Made by a program: the position numbers and the translations under genes
The notes under the pieces: model-generated
Databases searched by the model: none
Told to the model about the DNA's origin: nothing
Seen by the model: only the letters and a program-made list of their open reading frames with translations
Source of the DNA: an uncultured archaeon
Lineage (GTDB): Archaea > Asgardarchaeota > Thorarchaeia > Thorarchaeales > Thorarchaeaceae
Length of the DNA stretch: 64,000 bases
Direction: 5' to 3'
Assembly (NCBI GenBank): GCA_964558645.1
Contig: CAZLEV010000008.1
Coordinates: 64,001-128,000 of the forward strand
In this document: positions 62,589 to 64,000 of the stretch, piece after piece
Layout: each line of letters opens with the position of its first letter
Position numbering within the stretch: the stretch's first letter is position 1

Positions 62589-63014
62589 TTGCAACGTGAC
62601 CACAGCGATTTCACTCTTGAGGTAGCCAGTTTCAGTCCAATGACGCAATCCAAGACAGTCCTTGAAAGAGACCTCCGGACCAGACTTTGTGCATTCCCAA
62701 ACGATGCCCAATCATGGTATCTTCTCTCTTGTGTCCTAGAGTCCAATGCGGAGTACACTGAGGCTGAGAGTGCCCTCAGAAGGGCAATCGAGTTGAACCC
62801 GCGTCCGCCTCATTTTCACAGGAAACTCGCCAGCGTGCTGGAGGCACAAGGAAGCTACAAGGAATCCCTGAATGTCTTGAGAGATGCAGGACTGCTCTCT
62901 GAAAGTGATTTGAAGCGGTGTCACGTTCAGGACCTGGAAGCAACTGCACATGATAATATGCTCTTCACACAGAGTTTCTCGAATAGCCTCGATGAGAAGC
63001 TAAGACGCAAGTGA
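62589..63014 (+). CDS. Small TPR protein
   Basis: P.DAQSWY.L...AE..LRRAIELNP...LA..L..QG.Y; true start may be 62640. Confidence 0.6.
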   Translation: MQRDHSDFTLEVASFSPMTQSKTVLERDLRTRLCAFPNDAQSWYLLSCVLESNAEYTEAESALRRAIELNPRPPHFHRKLASVLEAQGSYKESLNVLRDAGLLSESDLKRCHVQDLEATAHDNMLFTQSFSNSLDEKLRRK

Positions 63015-63143
63015 CCTCATGTGTGTCAAGGTTGCTGACAGGTCCACTTCTTGGGCCATTCGATTTATTCTATGCTAGTGGGCTACTTCTATCATTGTGT
63101 CAAGTCTCAGACTGAACTAGTCGTGAGTCGCGTATGCCTTGTG

Positions 63144-63536
63144 TTATTCGATCTTTTCTCCTTTGAAGTCTAGGGCTGCTGAGTTGATGCAGTACCGTTG
63201 TCCTGTTGGTTCGGGGCCGTCTTCGAAGACATGCCCGAGATGACCGCCGCATTTCTTGCATAGAACCTCAGTCCGAACCATTCCATGAGTTCGGTCCGTA
63301 TGCGTTTCAACGCTCCCTGAGTTCATGATGTCATAGAAGCTTGGCCATCCGCTACAGGACTCGAATTTCGTTTCAGAAGAGAACAACTCGTTACCGCATG
63401 CCGCACAAACGTACGTGCCCTCCTTCTTATGTTTCACATATTTCCCGCTGAAGGGTCGTTCGGTCCCTTTCTCTCTCAGGACTCGATACTGCTCGGGGGT
63501 CAGAATCTCCTTCCATTCCTTTTCTGTCCTTTCCAT
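63144..63536 (-). CDS. msrB: Peptide-methionine (R)-S-oxide reductase
   Basis: GTERPF, CAAC, GWPSF, GHLGHVF.DGP, RYCINS. Confidence 0.95.
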   Translation of the reverse strand: MERTEKEWKEILTPEQYRVLREKGTERPFSGKYVKHKKEGTYVCAACGNELFSSETKFESCSGWPSFYDIMNSGSVETHTDRTHGMVRTEVLCKKCGGHLGHVFEDGPEPTGQRYCINSAALDFKGEKIE

Positions 63537-63644
63537 TTCATCCACCTGATAACAATTGTGAATCAATACTAAAGACCTCTTCGTTATGGGAACTTAAGGT
63601 CTATAATCCCCCCTGTCTATGTATTTCTGTACCAGGTGACCCGA

Positions 63645-64000
63645 TTGATTGAATATGAAGACCGAACTGAAGCAGGAATGTATCTACTCAGCGAACTAGA
63701 ATCGATGGAATTCGAGTCCAAGCCACTAGTCATTGCAATTCCAAATGGTGGTCTCCCTGTTGCTGCAGAGATAGCCAAGGGTCTAGGAGCTGATCTTGAT
63801 GTTATCATTGTCAGGAAGCTTCAGATTCCCGGAAACCCCGAGGCTGGGTTCGGTGCACTCACTTCTTTTGGTTCTGTGATTCTCAATGATATCCTTGTCA
63901 GGCAGATGGCACTTGACGACAGTGACATTCAGGCGGCAGTTGACAAGACCGAGAGTCAGATTGAACGTAGGCGACAAGCGTTCGGAGGCCTTGTGGGCAA
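63645..64000 (+). CDS. Phosphoribosyltransferase-like protein (COG1926 type), truncated by window end
   Basis: Read directly from sequence: YEDRTEAG...AIPNGGLPVA...LDVIIVRKLQIPGNPEAGFGA. Confidence 0.8.
   Translation, partial: MIEYEDRTEAGMYLLSELESMEFESKPLVIAIPNGGLPVAAEIAKGLGADLDVIIVRKLQIPGNPEAGFGALTSFGSVILNDILVRQMALDDSDIQAAVDKTESQIERRRQAFGGLVG

Noticed and set aside
63144-63536. Selenocysteine in MsrB or other redox genes
   Set aside because: Catalytic positions are Cys codons and no in-frame TGA extension was seen.
1-64000. CRISPR arrays, tRNA/rRNA, IS elements, integrases, DGR
   Set aside because: No spaced direct repeats, cloverleafs, transposase, recombinase or reverse transcriptase motifs were seen by eye; short RNAs could have been missed.

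Overview
Gene-dense archaeal chromosomal window, most likely an Asgard archaeon (Thorarchaeia-like). This is inferred from the thermosome, rps17e, archaeal ATP-dependent ligase, HMG-CoA synthase/thiolase/DUF35 operon and longin-tailed surface proteins. Most genes are housekeeping or metabolic: NfnAB/SudAB, NAD(P)HX repair, a fused PPAT-dephospho-CoA kinase, TrxB, a korAB-fumC-sdhAB cluster, QueD and FolE2/MptA, MetRS, MsrB. The most notable items are: (i) two tandem giant single-pass membrane proteins (1564 and 1759 aa) with Ig-like ectodomains and cytoplasmic longin-like plus winged-helix-like tails; (ii) an AT-richer accessory patch after the thermosome gene encoding a secreted protein resembling alpha-hemolysin/leukocidin beta-pore-forming toxins; (iii) a probably inactive HerA-like ATPase with an amphipathic tail; (iv) a surface-anchored superoxide-reductase-like protein; (v) structured 5' leaders before metG, folE2/mptA and the mevalonate operon. 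No rRNA, tRNA, CRISPR array, transposase or integrase was recognised. All family calls come from motifs recognised by eye; no searches were run.
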